Source: Octopus sinensis
Taxonomy: Eukaryota
Direction of reading: 5' to 3'
Assembly (NCBI RefSeq): GCF_006345805.1
Contig: NC_043005.1
Location: 53,196,001-53,260,000 of the forward strand
Length of the DNA stretch: 64,000 nt
Shown here: in pieces, positions 1 to 13,396 of the stretch
Position numbering within the stretch: position 1 is the stretch's first letter
How the letters are laid out: each line of letters opens with the position of its first letter
Position numbers and translations under genes: made by a program
The notes under the pieces: generated by a model
Told to the model about the DNA's origin: nothing
The model's input: the letters and a program-made list of their open reading frames with translations, nothing else
Database searches by the model: none

Positions 1-275
1 CACAGCTTAAATTGATAATTCTGAATGTTTCAATATATTGTAATACTATTGTAGTGCTGAGATAAAGATTACACCCGTTTCTACACGATTTGAGTTCATA
101 TCCTCTTCAATTGCGTTTGGTTTCCACATGCAAAGGTTATAATTGGGTATTCATCAACAACAGGTACCAAGGCAATCAAATATATTGCTTTTCCTAAATG
201 GGTGTTTCTCATACTATTCTTTTTTCAAAGAATAGTGTGTTCCAACGATGATCGGACCAAATTATTGTATAACAT

Positions 276-330
<55 letters not shown>

Positions 331-660
331 AACATATATATTCAAAAAAGTTTTCATTAAAACTTTACTGTCAATTTTATTTATTTGCTATTTACTTCAG
401 TAAAAACCTAAAGTTGGGCAAATTTCAAAATAGAGACAATGCAGAAATCTTGGTGCCAAGATTAGGACAACCTTTTAGAATTATGTTACATTTTTTAACC
501 AAATTTAAAATTTATTTCTTGGACAAACTCCTAACATTCTATTGAGAAAGCCCACACCGTACCAAAATATCCCCATGCTCCACTTTGACAAACAAGGCTG
601 TATACATTTATAGTCTTTTATTCCAATGATACAAAACCTTATTATTATGATTTATTTTAA

Positions 661-870
661 GGCAGAGAGCTAGCGAAATCGTTAACACGTCGGACAAAAT
701 GCTTAACGGCATTTCACCCAATTTTATATTCTGTGTCCAAATGTAGCCGAGGTCGACTTTGCCTTTCATCCTTCTGTAATGAATGAATTAAATACCACTG
801 AAGTACTGGGGTTGATATAATCGACTAGACTATTTTGCCACAAAAATTTCAGGCTTAGTGCCTTTAATAC
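661..870 (+). mobile_element. tRNA-headed SINE, family A (degenerate)
   Basis: Head GGCAGAGAGCTAGCGAAATCGTTAAC, core GAGGTCGACTTTGCCTTTCATCC and tail AAAATTTCAGGCTTAGTGCC match the better copies at 17231 and 33769. Confidence 0.8.
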
Positions 871-1059
871 AAATAATTCCTGGATAATTAAGAGATACGC
901 CAATATCAAATTAAGATTGATTCAACGTGTTTTTATTACACATATCCCGCCAAGTGGAGATATGGCTTTGTATCATTTACAGCATTTAAAATTTATCTAT
1001 GAAACTAAGGTGGCGAATTGGAAAAATCGTTAGCATGCTGGGCAAAATTTGAAATTGAT

Positions 1060-1310
1060 AACTATTAAAGAAAGCACTATGAAATCACCATTATTCTTAC
1101 ATAATCAAGAACTACAGCGATTTCATTAGGGACCTTTACCAAATATTAAAGAACAAACAGGATCATAAAATGGAAAATATTGTAACTTAAATTAAATAGA
1201 CGGAAACTGATCACAGTGTTTGTACGCATTTCTTGAAGCTGAATACTTTTCATAAACCCCTCATATAAGCGACGACTTTAATGGCAGAACTTCGGTTCCA
1301 TTTAAAAACC
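1060..1310 (+). mobile_element. Possible Penelope-like element ORF C-terminus remnant
   Basis: Translation FLEAEYFS*TPHISDDFNGRTSVPFK resembles the R..LEA..I...P..N end of PLE GIY-YIG ORFs; heavily decayed. Confidence 0.35.
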
Positions 1311-1428
1311 CCGATGGCGAATCGATCTTTTGTTGTCGTGTGTATTGTACCCTATTGTATTAGTTGTCGACACTTTGTTTAGTTTGTCTGTTTTTTGAAG
1401 TTTCATTCTGTCTTGTAATATTTTACTT

Positions 1429-1512
<84 letters not shown>

Positions 1513-1624
1513 CATATATATATATGTATGTATGTATTGTTAAACATTTAACATACTTCCGTATGTTGTAGGTCGTCAGACAAAGAATAATTCCAGACTA
1601 TTGCCAGATCTAAACAAAAAAAAT

Positions 1625-1695
1625 AACGACTACAACAGCAACAACAACCACAATAATAACAACAACAAATAATAATAATAAAAATAATAATAATA

Positions 1696-1746
<51 letters not shown>

Positions 1747-1758
1747 CAACAAATAATA

Positions 1759-1793
<35 letters not shown>

Positions 1794-1805
1794 GATGATG
1801 ATGGT
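1625..1805. repeat. Compound (AAC)/(AAT)/(GAT) microsatellite
   Basis: Direct reading. Confidence 0.95.
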
Positions 1806-1978
1806 GGTTGAATTAATAAAAAATGACAAGCAAGTGGAAACAGGTTGAATATTAAAAGCTCTAAAGACATACAAGTTATTCTTTAAGTCGTCATATAGCT
1901 GTTTTTCCGCTGTTGATGTGCTATTAATGGTGTGATTGTACTGGCTGTACAAGTAATAATAGTTATTACTGTTGATGC

Positions 1979-2012
<34 letters not shown>

Positions 2013-2294
2013 GATGTTATTGATGTTGATGTTTATGTAATTTTTTTTATTATGTATTATTTGTTGTTTTAAAAAATCCGGCTTGTTATCTGATGGTTTC
2101 GGTAGTTATTCGTTTTTCTTGGAGAGGAAAAAACATGCAAATTTTGATCTGTTGAGAATTACTAAGTAGTACAATAACCACCACCCCCACACACACACGC
2201 AAAAAAAGGCAACAAACAAAAAGTAGAATATACACACGCACACACACTGATACACAGACAGAACAGAGAGTAAATGCTCAGCAGTTACTCTCAC

Positions 2295-2298
2295 TCAT

Positions 2299-2357
<59 letters not shown>

Positions 2358-2847
2358 TAATATATATATACATACATGTATATAATATGTATAATAATAT
2401 ATATGTATATATATAGTATATATATATATATATATATGTATGTATATATATGATATACATACATATATATATATATATATATAATATTATATATATATAT
2501 ATACGCACGCATATATTTATGAACATGTGTTTATATGTAAATGTGTGCGTATGCATGTATGCATATACGTATAGTTATAGTTGCATATGTGAATATCTGC
2601 TTACCTGAAAAACATACGCTAACAAACGTGCATATATGCATGTGTGTATGTGTGTTTGTATATGTGTGTGTGTGTGTGTACGTGTGTGTATGCGCGCATG
2701 TGCGGTTTTTGCATATGTTTATTATTACTGGACTTGGCAATAAATACAAAAATGCTTGCAAACCTAAAACGAAAACACGAACGAATGTATAAGAAAAGAA
2801 ATCAAAATTATAAAACTCACATACACGCATACTCATATATATATATG

Positions 2848-2902
<55 letters not shown>

Positions 2903-2907
2903 GCATA

Positions 2908-2958
<51 letters not shown>

Positions 2959-3110
2959 TCACACACACACTCGCAAACACATATACTTCACACATACACA
3001 CACATATACTCACACGTTGCATATACACACCATAACACTCATACAGTCTCACAAACACACTACATACTACAGAAATGTACGAAGCGCACATACACAGATA
3101 TCATCAATAT
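2295..3110. repeat. (TA)n/(TG)n/(CA)n compound microsatellite block
   Basis: Direct reading; source of the YI/CV-rich ORFs. Confidence 0.95.
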
Positions 3111-3297
3111 CATTACTATTCATGTTTAATTCCTCTTAAGAGACCGTAGCAGTAATTAAGTTTAAGTACTTTTACATTTGTGCTGCCCCTTGTTTATTCA
3201 TGTTACTACGTCGTTTTTTTCACTTTTTTTTAACGTTTACTACTGAGTTTTTGCTGGTGTTGTTGTTGGTAATTGGGATGTTATTTTGCTTCTTTTT

Positions 3298-3349
<52 letters not shown>

Positions 3350-4048
3350 GCTTTTTTCTTTCTTATTCCCCTGCATATTTTATGACAATACTTTCCCAGT
3401 TGTAAAGTAGCTGCTAGATTGTCTATTCTAATGAAACACAATGAAACAAAATAAAGCAAATAAATAGATATAAATAAATAAATGAATAATAATAATAAAA
3501 AAAATAATGATAATAAAAATAACTGCTGTTATTATTCTTTTAAATTATTTATTGTTATTTCATTCTTCGTTTTACTTTTTTTTAAGCATTAAACATTAAA
3601 ACTCAGGTGAAAAAATATTTTTAGCAAAACCAGGAAAAAATATAACGATGAACATTTTTATAATATTTACTTTGCGATTTTGTTTAATTAATTAATTTAT
3701 TATTTTTGTTAGTGTATTTATTTTATTTTACCGTTTTATTTATGCGAATAATGCGTTTGTATCAGTGTGTTATGAATGTGTTTACGTTAGTGAGGATTTA
3801 TCTATATGTATGTATGTATGTATTTCTGATACGTGTGTCTGCGGATGTGTGCATAAAATCTGCTTGAATGGCTCATCGTCACATCATATGATACAACGTA
3901 ATGGTAGTTTAATGTACACCTGGATTTAGTGGTGTTCTGATAATGCATTCATAGAAAGTCAATGGAATTTCAAGAGAAAACTTGATACATGTTATAAGGA
4001 ATGTAGTTCTCACTAGAGTAAAAGTCCAGTATTCCGCTACATGATGAA

Positions 4049-4102
<54 letters not shown>

Positions 4103-4114
4103 AATAATAGCAAT

Positions 4115-4350
4115 AATCTTTTCTACTATAGGCACGAGACCTGAAATTTGTGGTCGGGGATAGTCGATTACATCAACCCCCAGCACTCAGCTAGTACTTA
4201 TAATAGTAAGTACCAGGCGATATAATGACCCCGAAAGTATGAAAGGCAAAGTCGACACTGGCAGAATTAGAGCTCAGAAGATGAAGGCAGATTAAATGCC
4301 ACTAGACATTTCGTCAGGTGTGCCAACAATTCTGCCAGCTTGCCGCCTTG
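4115..4350 (-). mobile_element. SINE family A
   Basis: Reverse complement of head (TTCTGCCAGCTTGCCGCC), core (GAAAGGCAAAGTCGAC) and tail (CTTTCTACTATAGGCAC). Confidence 0.85.
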
Positions 4351-4351
4351 A

Positions 4352-4389
<38 letters not shown>

Positions 4390-4455
4390 AATAATAATAA
4401 TAACACCAACAACAACAAAAACAACACACAACAACAACAACAATAATAATAATAA

Positions 4456-4790
4456 TTCCAGGATCGTAAATAAAGAGGAAGAAAAACAAAATTTGAAATA
4501 GGAAGAACTTGGAGCATGCGAACAGTAAAGGCTGTGCTATATAATAATTGGTGCGTTGGGAACAGTAAGCTAAAATATAGACAAATAGCTGAAGGAGATT
4601 GGAATAGAATTCCAGGTTGAGTTCCTACAGAAAGTTTGTCTTTTAGGCACAACAAAGATTATCAGGCGGGTTCTAAACACTTGAAAGACTACTGAAAACT
4701 TGTGGATACCCAAGGTTACAGGTAGTAACCTGTTATCCACATAAATCCTACTAGAATAAAACCGAACGTGAGTTAAACCAAGATAATAAT
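4456..4790 (+). mobile_element. R4/Dong-type LINE 3' end (REL endonuclease C-terminus plus 3' UTR)
   Basis: WSMRTVK..IIGALGTVS..LKEIGIEFQVEFLQKVCLLGTTKIIRRVLNT*; 3' UTR (GATACCCAAGGTTACAGGTAGTAACC) matches the 12835-13150 copy; preceded by (AAT)n. Confidence 0.85.
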
Positions 4791-4792
4791 GA

Positions 4793-5270
4793 AGATGTTA
4801 GCGCTTTATTATGTGCAAATCAAGAGTACAAATCAAGACATGACAGAGTTGGTCAATATCTACATTGGATAATGGGTCGGCATTATAAAAACAAAACTGA
4901 TGATAAATGGTACAAGCACCACCCTGTAACTGAGGGAGAAAATGTAACTATTCTTTGGGACTTCCAGAATGTACAGACTAGACCATCAAAGCAAATAAAC
5001 TAGGTATTGTGAAACACCAAGACAATACTCTGTGACCATAATATCTCGGAAAAAGAAATTGATAAGCACAGAAAATATAAAGATTTGCTGATCGAAATTG
5101 AAAACATTTGGCATTTCAAGACAGTGATTGTAGAAGCACTTGGAATGATCAAAACAGGAATTGAAAATTATCTAAAAATGATCCCTGGCTTATCATCCAC
5201 GCAGAAAGTGCAAAATATTGTCTTCACTGGTAGGTCACACGTATTGAAAAGAGCATTGTCGCTGTGAATT
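4793..5270 (+). mobile_element. R4/Dong-type LINE 3' fragment (zinc-knuckle end plus REL endonuclease)
   Basis: EYKSRHDRVGQYLHW..ENVTILWDF..KYKDLLIEIENIWHFKT..ALGMIK..VQNIVFTGRSHVLKRALSL*. Confidence 0.9.
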
Positions 5271-5489
5271 TTCTTTCTTTTTTCTCCCTTATTTTCTTTG
5301 TTTACATTTATTTTTTATTTTTTCCTTTTTTCTCTCTGTCTTTTTCCTCCTTTTCTCTATTACATCACTTTGTAAATGAACTATCGGGTGGCCTACCAAT
5401 CTTAATGGCTTACCAATGTATACAGTACGTTTCTCTGCCCTAGGATCTAACCACAGAGCAGAGGAGGATGTTGAAGACCAAGACAAACA

Positions 5490-5670
5490 GGATTCTGAAG
5501 TAAAAGATGCACTTGGCACAATCAAAATGCTACTAAGAATAGCAAAAGATATTGGAATTGAAACTCGCATTGTCGAATTACAGAAGACCACCATTCTATA
5601 TTCTACAAGTATCCTAAGAAGAAATCTTGAGATTTGAGGAGATTTATTGTTACCAAACCTGCTAACTAAA
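5490..5670 (+). mobile_element. R4-type LINE extreme 3' end, third family
   Basis: ALGTIK...IVELQKTTILYSTSILRRNLEI* is the typical LQK..L.GT..ILR REL-LINE terminus. Confidence 0.75.
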
Positions 5671-5689
5671 TTAACATTCACGAGCGTAA

Positions 5690-6012
5690 TAATAGTAATG
5701 AATGACCATGGGATTACACCTAGAAAGTTCCTCTCCGAGGCACAAGTCCGAGCAAGGTTGTTTATGGAAGACCAGTAATCGCTCATGTATGTGAGCCTTC
5801 CCTCTCCACGCCATCAATGATATCCAAAGGAAAAGCAAAGGCCGATACAACTTGGCACCAGTGACGCCACTACTCATTTCTGCAGATGAGTGAACTGGAG
5901 CAACGTGAAAATAAATTGTCTTGCTCAAGAACACAACACACAACCTGGTCAAGAAATCGAATCCATTACCTCATGATTGTGAGTCTGACGCTCTAACCAC
6001 TGAGACATGTGC
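5690..6012 (-). mobile_element. tRNA-headed SINE, family E
   Basis: Minus-strand head with A/B-box-like CTCAGTGGTTAGAGCG and GATTCGATT; body alignable to 27670-27982. Confidence 0.85.
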
Positions 6013-6900
6013 TGTTTTTTTGGTATATGTACAAGGCCAATAATTTCTAGGTGAAAACATTTGTTGATTGTATCGACCCTGGTGCTCGACAGGTATTTCA
6101 TTTTTCAGGAGGAATGAAATGCAAGGCTGGCTTCGGAGACATTTCGACTCAAACGTATGAACAGGAAAGAAAGATAATTGCTAGCCGACTATCACCCTAA
6201 CGATTGTGACAATTTGCAAGAATATCAGCAATAACAACAAAGATCACAGCAATAACGTTAATCATTTCCTCAGAATTACTCATAGAAGAATATGAAAAAC
6301 AAAGCCAACAACATTGAAAATAAACATGCATAACATTAGCGATAACATCAACAAAAAAATGATGTTGTAAAAAATTAGTGGTGCAGATACTATAGAAATA
6401 TAACATAACAAAAGAGACAAATACCCGAAATCAAAGAAGCACCTGAAATAACTGATCTTCGCTATATCGCAAGATTTCTGTCACTTTGAATATAAATAGA
6501 TAATTCTTTGAAACAAACAAACAAGTTGTATCTATCAAAATGATTTAAGACAAATTTACTAGAAATCAATGTAGCACTAACTGTAAGCAACAGTAGAATA
6601 ATTCTAGGGAAAAGAAAAGATAGCGAAGGAAATCACCGCGAGTGAGATTGTTTAAAAAAGCGAATATAATATTTAAGCAATCTTAGGGAGGTCAAAAAAT
6701 AGATGTAGAGAAAAAGTCGCTACAAACCACAAACGACCAGAATCCACGGGGAAAGCAGAATCTCAAACTTGTAGTTACAAAACGTGACTGAGACACATGA
6801 GCTGCAAATAGTTCTTAAAATATTATATTGGCCTGATAAATTTATACTGAAAATGTTGGCTTACAATTGGTTTTCTCCAGAGTGAGCCAACTGCTTTGAA

Positions 6901-7035
6901 AGCGTGTGGCTCAGTAGTTCGGGTGCTCCACTCATGACCGTAAGATTTCGGTTTCGATTCTCAAACACTGGACAACGCGTGGTTTTGAGTAAATACTTCA
7001 TTTCTCATTGATCCAGTCCACTAAGTTGTAAATGT
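6901..7035 (+). mobile_element. SINE 5' fragment (tRNA-like head)
   Basis: GTGGCTCAGTAGTTCGGGTGCTCCACTCATGACCGTAAGATTTCGGTTTCGATTC followed by a TTGAGTAAATACTT core. Confidence 0.7.
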
Positions 7036-7249
7036 AATTAGTTCGAAAGTTAACCGCTCGATAGTTTGGTGATACGAGTATTGTAATTTCAGATACGAGT
7101 ATTGCAATCTTAGTTACTTATGCACCATGGAAACCGAGTTGAGCCCAGGTCCTATGAGTTCTAGAGCTCACGACTGACTTAAAAATCAACTGAAACTCTG
7201 TATTAAAGAAATGCTAATTTCTGAAATTTAGAAGTGCATAATTTGCTTT

Positions 7250-8215
7250 TTGCAACTCACAAAACCCCAACTGCAATAATAACGTAAAAGCTAAGCACAA
7301 GAGTAAATGCGAAGCTGCAAAGGTCTGTGTCTGTAATGGTCAATTCTTTCTCAGCAAAACCATAAGCATATAGTGTAGCAGGAAATAGATGGATCTAGGC
7401 ATTGCACGGATTGAATATATGATGAATTTTAATATTGTTTTCTACGTGTGGATCCTATAAATGTTATCCATGCGAGTCACTAATAAGCAGATAGCTTAAA
7501 AACATCATGAATAGGATGTCAAACAATTTTGGAGATACAGACAAAGGAGAGAATTAATCCAACTTTATTTAAACTAATTCCATCAAGAGAGGAATCCAAG
7601 AGGTTCCCTCTTTTTACTTTTCTATCTAAGATTCGCACTTTTAAAAAGTGAAGCCAAAATGAACACGGATACAAATATGATACGAGGACAACCAACCATC
7701 TTTTGTTTATGAGAAGATTTCAAATTGCGCACTGTAGTTGATAAACAACTTAACGCATTAATGCAGGCAGTAGTGATGTTATAGAGGAACTGATATGAAA
7801 TACGAATAAGAATGTGGTAAGGCGCATTGGAGAGATGAAAATTAAGAGCATCAATATCATGTTAAATAAAGAAACAAAAATAAGTGAATTCGACCAAACA
7901 CAAACTTGCAATTACTTAGAAATCAATGAATTAGACAGAGTACAATAGACAAACACATCAAAGAAAAGGTTAAGAACAAATATCAAAGACGCATAACTTA
8001 ATATTTAAAACAGAGCTAAATGCAAGAAATAAAAAAAAAGAGAAATAGTGTTATGTGCATCAATAATCGAGCTATCTGAGTAATAAGTTACAATTATAAT
8101 ATTCTCAGCTGGTCGCTAAATGAATTTGTAAGTCTAGACAGAAAAAAGAAAGAAATAATAATGACCGTATTTAGAATACACCATCTAAAATCTGACATAG
8201 AAATACTGCATTCCA
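7250..8215 (+). mobile_element. Old R4-type LINE reverse transcriptase remnant
   Basis: Frameshifted LGIARIEY (AWIDY-like), NHLLFM.DFKL (FMDDLKL-like), YLEINE, KTELNARNK and HHLKSDIE motifs, collinear with the 13395-14315 RT. Confidence 0.65.
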
Positions 8216-8963
8216 ACAAATACAAACCATTAGAAGCCTTATGCAACTAGAAATTTATTGTTTTCACTTGACTTTGTTTTCACTTGACTTGCATTGCGAA
8301 CTTGATAGAATTCTAGGGCTACCTTCTTTACATACGGTTTGTCTTTCGTATATATTTTAGACTTACTGGAACCATTCTCATTCCTGGACTGACCACAGCC
8401 ATTTTCTATCGGAAGGGAGTAAGAGAACACTAGCCCCCATCGTACATGAGTTTTATAAATTATTGATCACCAGGCGATTTCACAGATAATTTACATATAT
8501 TGATGTCACGTGTGTGCTTATACAGACACACAAGCACACACACACACACCTATATATGTACGTATGTGTGTGTGCATATGTATGTATATATGTAGGTGTG
8601 AGTGTGAGTGTGTGAGTTTGTGTGTATGTATGTATGCATGTATGCATGTATCGATGTATATGTATGCATGTGTGTGTATGTGTGTATGTAAAGTTATGTT
8701 GAAAACGTTTCGTTTGCACTTGGAGGTAAGATCTTCCGCCTCAGAGATATTCCACGGAGAAAATTCTCCTCTTAGACGTGTGAAAACACAAGAAAGGGCT
8801 GTGAATGAAGCCATCGGATCATAGGATGCATGCGTGTCTTAGTCGTTTCAGTTTGTGCATATATATATATATACAAATACATACATATATACATACATAC
8901 ATAATACATACATACATACATACATACATACATACATACATACATACATACATACGTACATAC

Positions 8964-9004
<41 letters not shown>

Positions 9005-9005
<1 letters not shown>

Positions 9006-9180
9006 CGGGAAGCTTATGAAAATAGACAAAAGACGAAGGCAGGTTTACGGAAATAAACAAAAGACGAAGGCAGGTGGAATACAAACAAACAATTGTATTA
9101 GTATGGCGCTCAGGAAATATAAATAAAACAAGTCTTTAACGTTTCGAGCCTACGCTCTTCAACAGAAAGATACACAGAGA
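9005..9180 (-). mobile_element. Short non-coding repeat, family G, with hammerhead-like motif
   Basis: Alignable in reverse complement to 38995-39135; abuts (TA)n. Confidence 0.75.
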
Positions 9181-9502
9181 AAAGTGTGTGTATGAGAAGA
9201 GTGTGTGTGTATGAGAGAGTATTAGTGCGTATGAGAGGTCTGGACGTGTGTATGTATATATGATGTGATGTGTAAAGTCGTATGGTGTAGTGTAGAGAGA
9301 GGAGATGAGGGAAGAGGGGGGAGGTAAGGGGGGAGAGGGGAGGGGGAGGGGAGGGGGAAAAAGAAAGGGGAGAAGAGGGGACACATACATACGCACTAGC
9401 ACACACACACACACACGTACACACACACAACATATTGCGAGCTAAGGATACCCTAAATTATCGACTGACTCGATAGAAAATATCTATTTTTTAAAACTTT
9501 CA

Positions 9503-9685
9503 TACAAGCCTAGTAATTCTGAAGGCGTGGAAGTTGATTACGTCAACTCCAGTACTCAGCGGTATTTATTTTACCAACCTCGATAGGATGAAAAGCAAAG
9601 TCGACCTCCGCCAATTTTGAACTCACAATGTAAAGTTGAAAAAAGTGCCTCAAAGCATTTTATGCCAAGGATTCTGCCAGCTTGA
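9503..9685 (-). mobile_element. SINE family A (degenerate)
   Basis: GGATGAAAAGCAAAGTCGACCTCCG core and GATTCTGCCAGC head in reverse. Confidence 0.75.
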
Positions 9686-9788
9686 GGCATTTTGTGCTAA
9701 GGAATATGTCAGCTCCCTGACTTTACTTTGCTAGATAAAGTGGCAAAAACCAACTTTAAATTTCATTTCACATTCTTAAAAGCGAATA

Positions 9789-10180
9789 TCTTTATATATA
9801 AAAGAGAGGTTGTGTGCTGTCTGTCTCCTACGATTTAGATTCCTAACTACTCCCACATTTTGCGGTGCAGTTTAACTAAAACCGGGTATCTTATAGTCGT
9901 GATTCATATCGAGCCCTTCTGGGTATTAGCGCGCGTCTACGATGAGTCTACGATTAAAAAAAAAAATTACCATAAATTTTTCCCATTTTTAATGCATTTT
10001 TGGCATATATAAGGGAAGTAACTCTCTAAAAAAATATTATTAAATCTCAGAACGTAAAAAGCTACAGTAACACCCCCCTTGGTTAGCCATATTGTGATGG
10101 CTATTATACTTTACATCTCCAAAAATGCTTATATAGTTATTTCCCTTACAAACCCGAGCAACGCCGGGCAATACTGCTAG
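9789..10180 (+). mobile_element. Non-autonomous Helitron (392 bp)
   Basis: A|TCTTTATATATAAAA 5' end, subterminal hairpin CCCGAGCAACGCCGGG (10153-10168), CTAG|T 3' end, no TSD; all canonical Helitron1 hallmarks. Confidence 0.92.
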
Positions 10181-10950
10181 TATTTAATAACGTACTTCGA
10201 GGTACGTATGCCTAAAAAACCCGGATGAGCAAACCAATATCATGCTGTTTATCGAAGAGCCATCGAATCAATACTGTTAGGATGTTTCATTCAAGATTGT
10301 TCTTTCGATTTCCAGACCGATCGTTGCGTTCCTTTCTTGAGCAAAACACTTCATTTCAAATTATTTCGGGGTCGTAAGATAAGTATCAGTGGAGTACTGG
10401 GATCGATATAATCAGATACCTGGGAGTTTTGTCTTCTTTTTTTTTTTCATATATGTGGTGACAGCTTGACGACCAATATGAATAGAGACAGTATAATCAG
10501 GTTTGAGCATCTTTTCTGTTGCTTCTTGCAGAAGAGGTACGTTACTAACATGGTCTGAACTGAAAGATGAGATGTTCGAAAACGTTCGTTGCCATTTCTC
10601 GCAACAAACATCCTTTGGTGCTTGTGGTCAGAGCTATTACTATGGCAGCATGTTTGAATAATCCTACAGCTAGAAAGGTGTTTTCACATTTACTAGTGCG
10701 CGCGCGCGCGCGCGTGTGTGTGTGTATGTATGTGTGTGTGTGTCTATGTGTGTGCTTATGCACATAAGAAAAATATATAAACATATATCGAGTTTTTCTG
10801 TTTAACAGTCTATCAATTATATGATTTCTCCTCAACTTTCGTATATATCATACGTCCGTTTGTATTCTATTTCCTCTTGTTTATCTTACATTTTTGTACA
10901 ATACATATAATCCGCTTAATTCTTTATCATTATCATCTATCTATCAATCA

Positions 10951-10982
<32 letters not shown>

Positions 10983-12834
10983 ATCTATCAATCTATCTAT
11001 CTATCTATCGAATAATATCGCAATTTTTTTTTGCTTATGTCCGTCTCATTACAGCCACACGGATACCACACACATGCATATCATATAATCACATGACTCC
11101 ACACATACGCGGGTACATAGCTACATAAATACACTTTCTTTCACCCATCTCTCTCTCTCTCTCTCTTTCTTTTCCCTTGTCTCTTGTTCTGCATATGTAA
11201 AAATTACAGAAATCTCAAGTTTTACTGAATAATTAGATCTGAATTTCGGTTGATCTTATCAATCGAATTTCTAACCTGATTTTAATTCTCGAATTAGTGC
11301 TAAACAATTTAATTACTGCAGTAACTTTCTATTTACACGTAATTTCTCATTTGATTTTAAATTGAAGTTTATTTATACCTGAGTTCTCTAAATAACAATG
11401 AAAAGGTGTATATAGATAATCAAATAAAATTAGTTCTCGAAAACGAAAAGAACAAAAGTTAATATTTATAAATTACTAAACTAATCCTCTTTCGGTGAAA
11501 ATAATGGCTTTTCTCTACTAATTGCCTATATAATCTCAGTTAAGCGAAGATTTTCACTTCAATACATAAAATATGAGACCCCACGCTTCCCTGAGGAATT
11601 TTGTTTCAGACATACTGTTACTATTCTTTCTAATCCTCATATGAGTTCAGAATATATAATATTGTAAAATAAAAGAGAAGAATCCAAGGAAACTAGTAAT
11701 GTTCATCTTCAGTAAGTATAGCTGTAAATAGCTCAAATATGTATGTATTGAGTAAGAAGAGAAGTCTAACGTTTTGGTTAAAAACCTCTTATGAGAGAGA
11801 GAGGGGAGAAGGGGAGAGACAGCAGTAGAAGGAGACGGAGGAGGAGGGAGACAGAGGGGGAGGGAAACAGAAGGGGAGGCACAGAGTGGAGGGTAAGAGA
11901 GGAGAGGGAGAGAGATGGGAGAGTGTGGTTAATTGGCTATCAGTCGCTGATTCAGATTGAGTAACAATTACATTGTGGTCGCTTTACCTCAGGATAAACG
12001 TAATTGAGCAGATCAATGATGAAAGCTATTTCAGAGGCGACAACCCGTTTTATCTCTTAATTTTGAGAATCCAGAGCTATCATATTATAAAACCTAACCA
12101 TTTTTTTAAAAGTCGGTAAATGTGATTTGAAGGTGTTTCAACTGCTATTTCCAGTAGATCAACAGAGCGTGTAGAGGGTTCCTCGTTCGTTGGAAATTGT
12201 CATTTTCTCGTTGTTGATAGTAGTATCCAATACGCTTGTCTCTTTAAAATGGTTGGGTACGATTTGTGGATTCTGAAATTCAGGGTTCTATCAAGCTCGA
12301 CTACTATCACCTACGCACACATATATAGGTGTGTGCTCGTGCGAGTGGTTGAGTGTATACCCGTGTATGCAAATATAAGTGTATATGATGCGTGTATGAA
12401 TGTGTGAGAGCGTGGGTATTTGCATTATTGGTGCTTAGCTCCTTTCAACTCTGATCTTGCAGCACCTTGGTCGAACATGATCCAGCTCAGACCATATCTC
12501 CCTTTTTAAGTATCGTAGACTATAATTCTCTAAGGTTAGGTTTTGGTTTAAATTCTCCAAAGAAAAAAGCTAATAGCCATCAAAAATGAAAGATAGAATT
12601 AGTTGCTCTTTATAGCATCAGGAGCGACTGGGTTGAGACCCTCTTTTGCCGCTCACACTACTGTCTGTGTGTAAGAGCGATGAACATTGAATTTGAAGAA
12701 GGTCATTGAAAACTTAGTCCTTATTGACTGTAGATGCCAGTAATTTGCACAGTTCAAGGGCTTGAAGACTAATCGATTAGCCTCCTCCCACCAAATTTCA
12801 AGCCTTGTTGCTACAAAAGAAAGGATTATTATTA

Positions 12835-13150
12835 TCATTGATTTGACTCAGGTTTGTTCTTATTCCTGATGGAATTTAAGTGGTTTGTGGGTTATTACCT
12901 GTAACCTTAGATATCTGCAAGCTTTCAACAGTCTTTCTAGTGCTTAAATTCCTCCTGATAATCTTTCCTGTCCCTAATGGGAAAACTTTCTGAGGAAGAT
13001 CTACAGGATACTCTATTTCAATATCCACCCACCATTTCTCTATAACTTTACTCAGATTTCCTAAGCCAAAAATCATTACAGGGACAACCTTCACAGTTAT
13101 CATACTCCCAATTCTTGTAATTTCATATTTTAAGGGGTTGCATTTTTCTA
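12835..13150 (-). mobile_element. R4/Dong-type LINE 3' end
   Basis: ITVKVVPVMIFGLGNLSK..LPQKVFPLGTGKIIRRNLST; 3' UTR like the 4456-4790 copy; ends in GATAATAATAAT. Confidence 0.8.
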
Positions 13151-13200
13151 ATTTTTCATTCTCTTTCTTTACGATACTGGAAAACGGACATTGTTGTTGC

Positions 13201-13264
<64 letters not shown>

Positions 13265-13317
13265 AACAACACAACAACAACAACAACAGCAACAACAATA
13301 ATAATAATAATAATAAT

Positions 13318-13349
<32 letters not shown>

Positions 13350-13350
13350 A

Positions 13351-13394
<44 letters not shown>

Positions 13395-13396
<2 letters not shown>

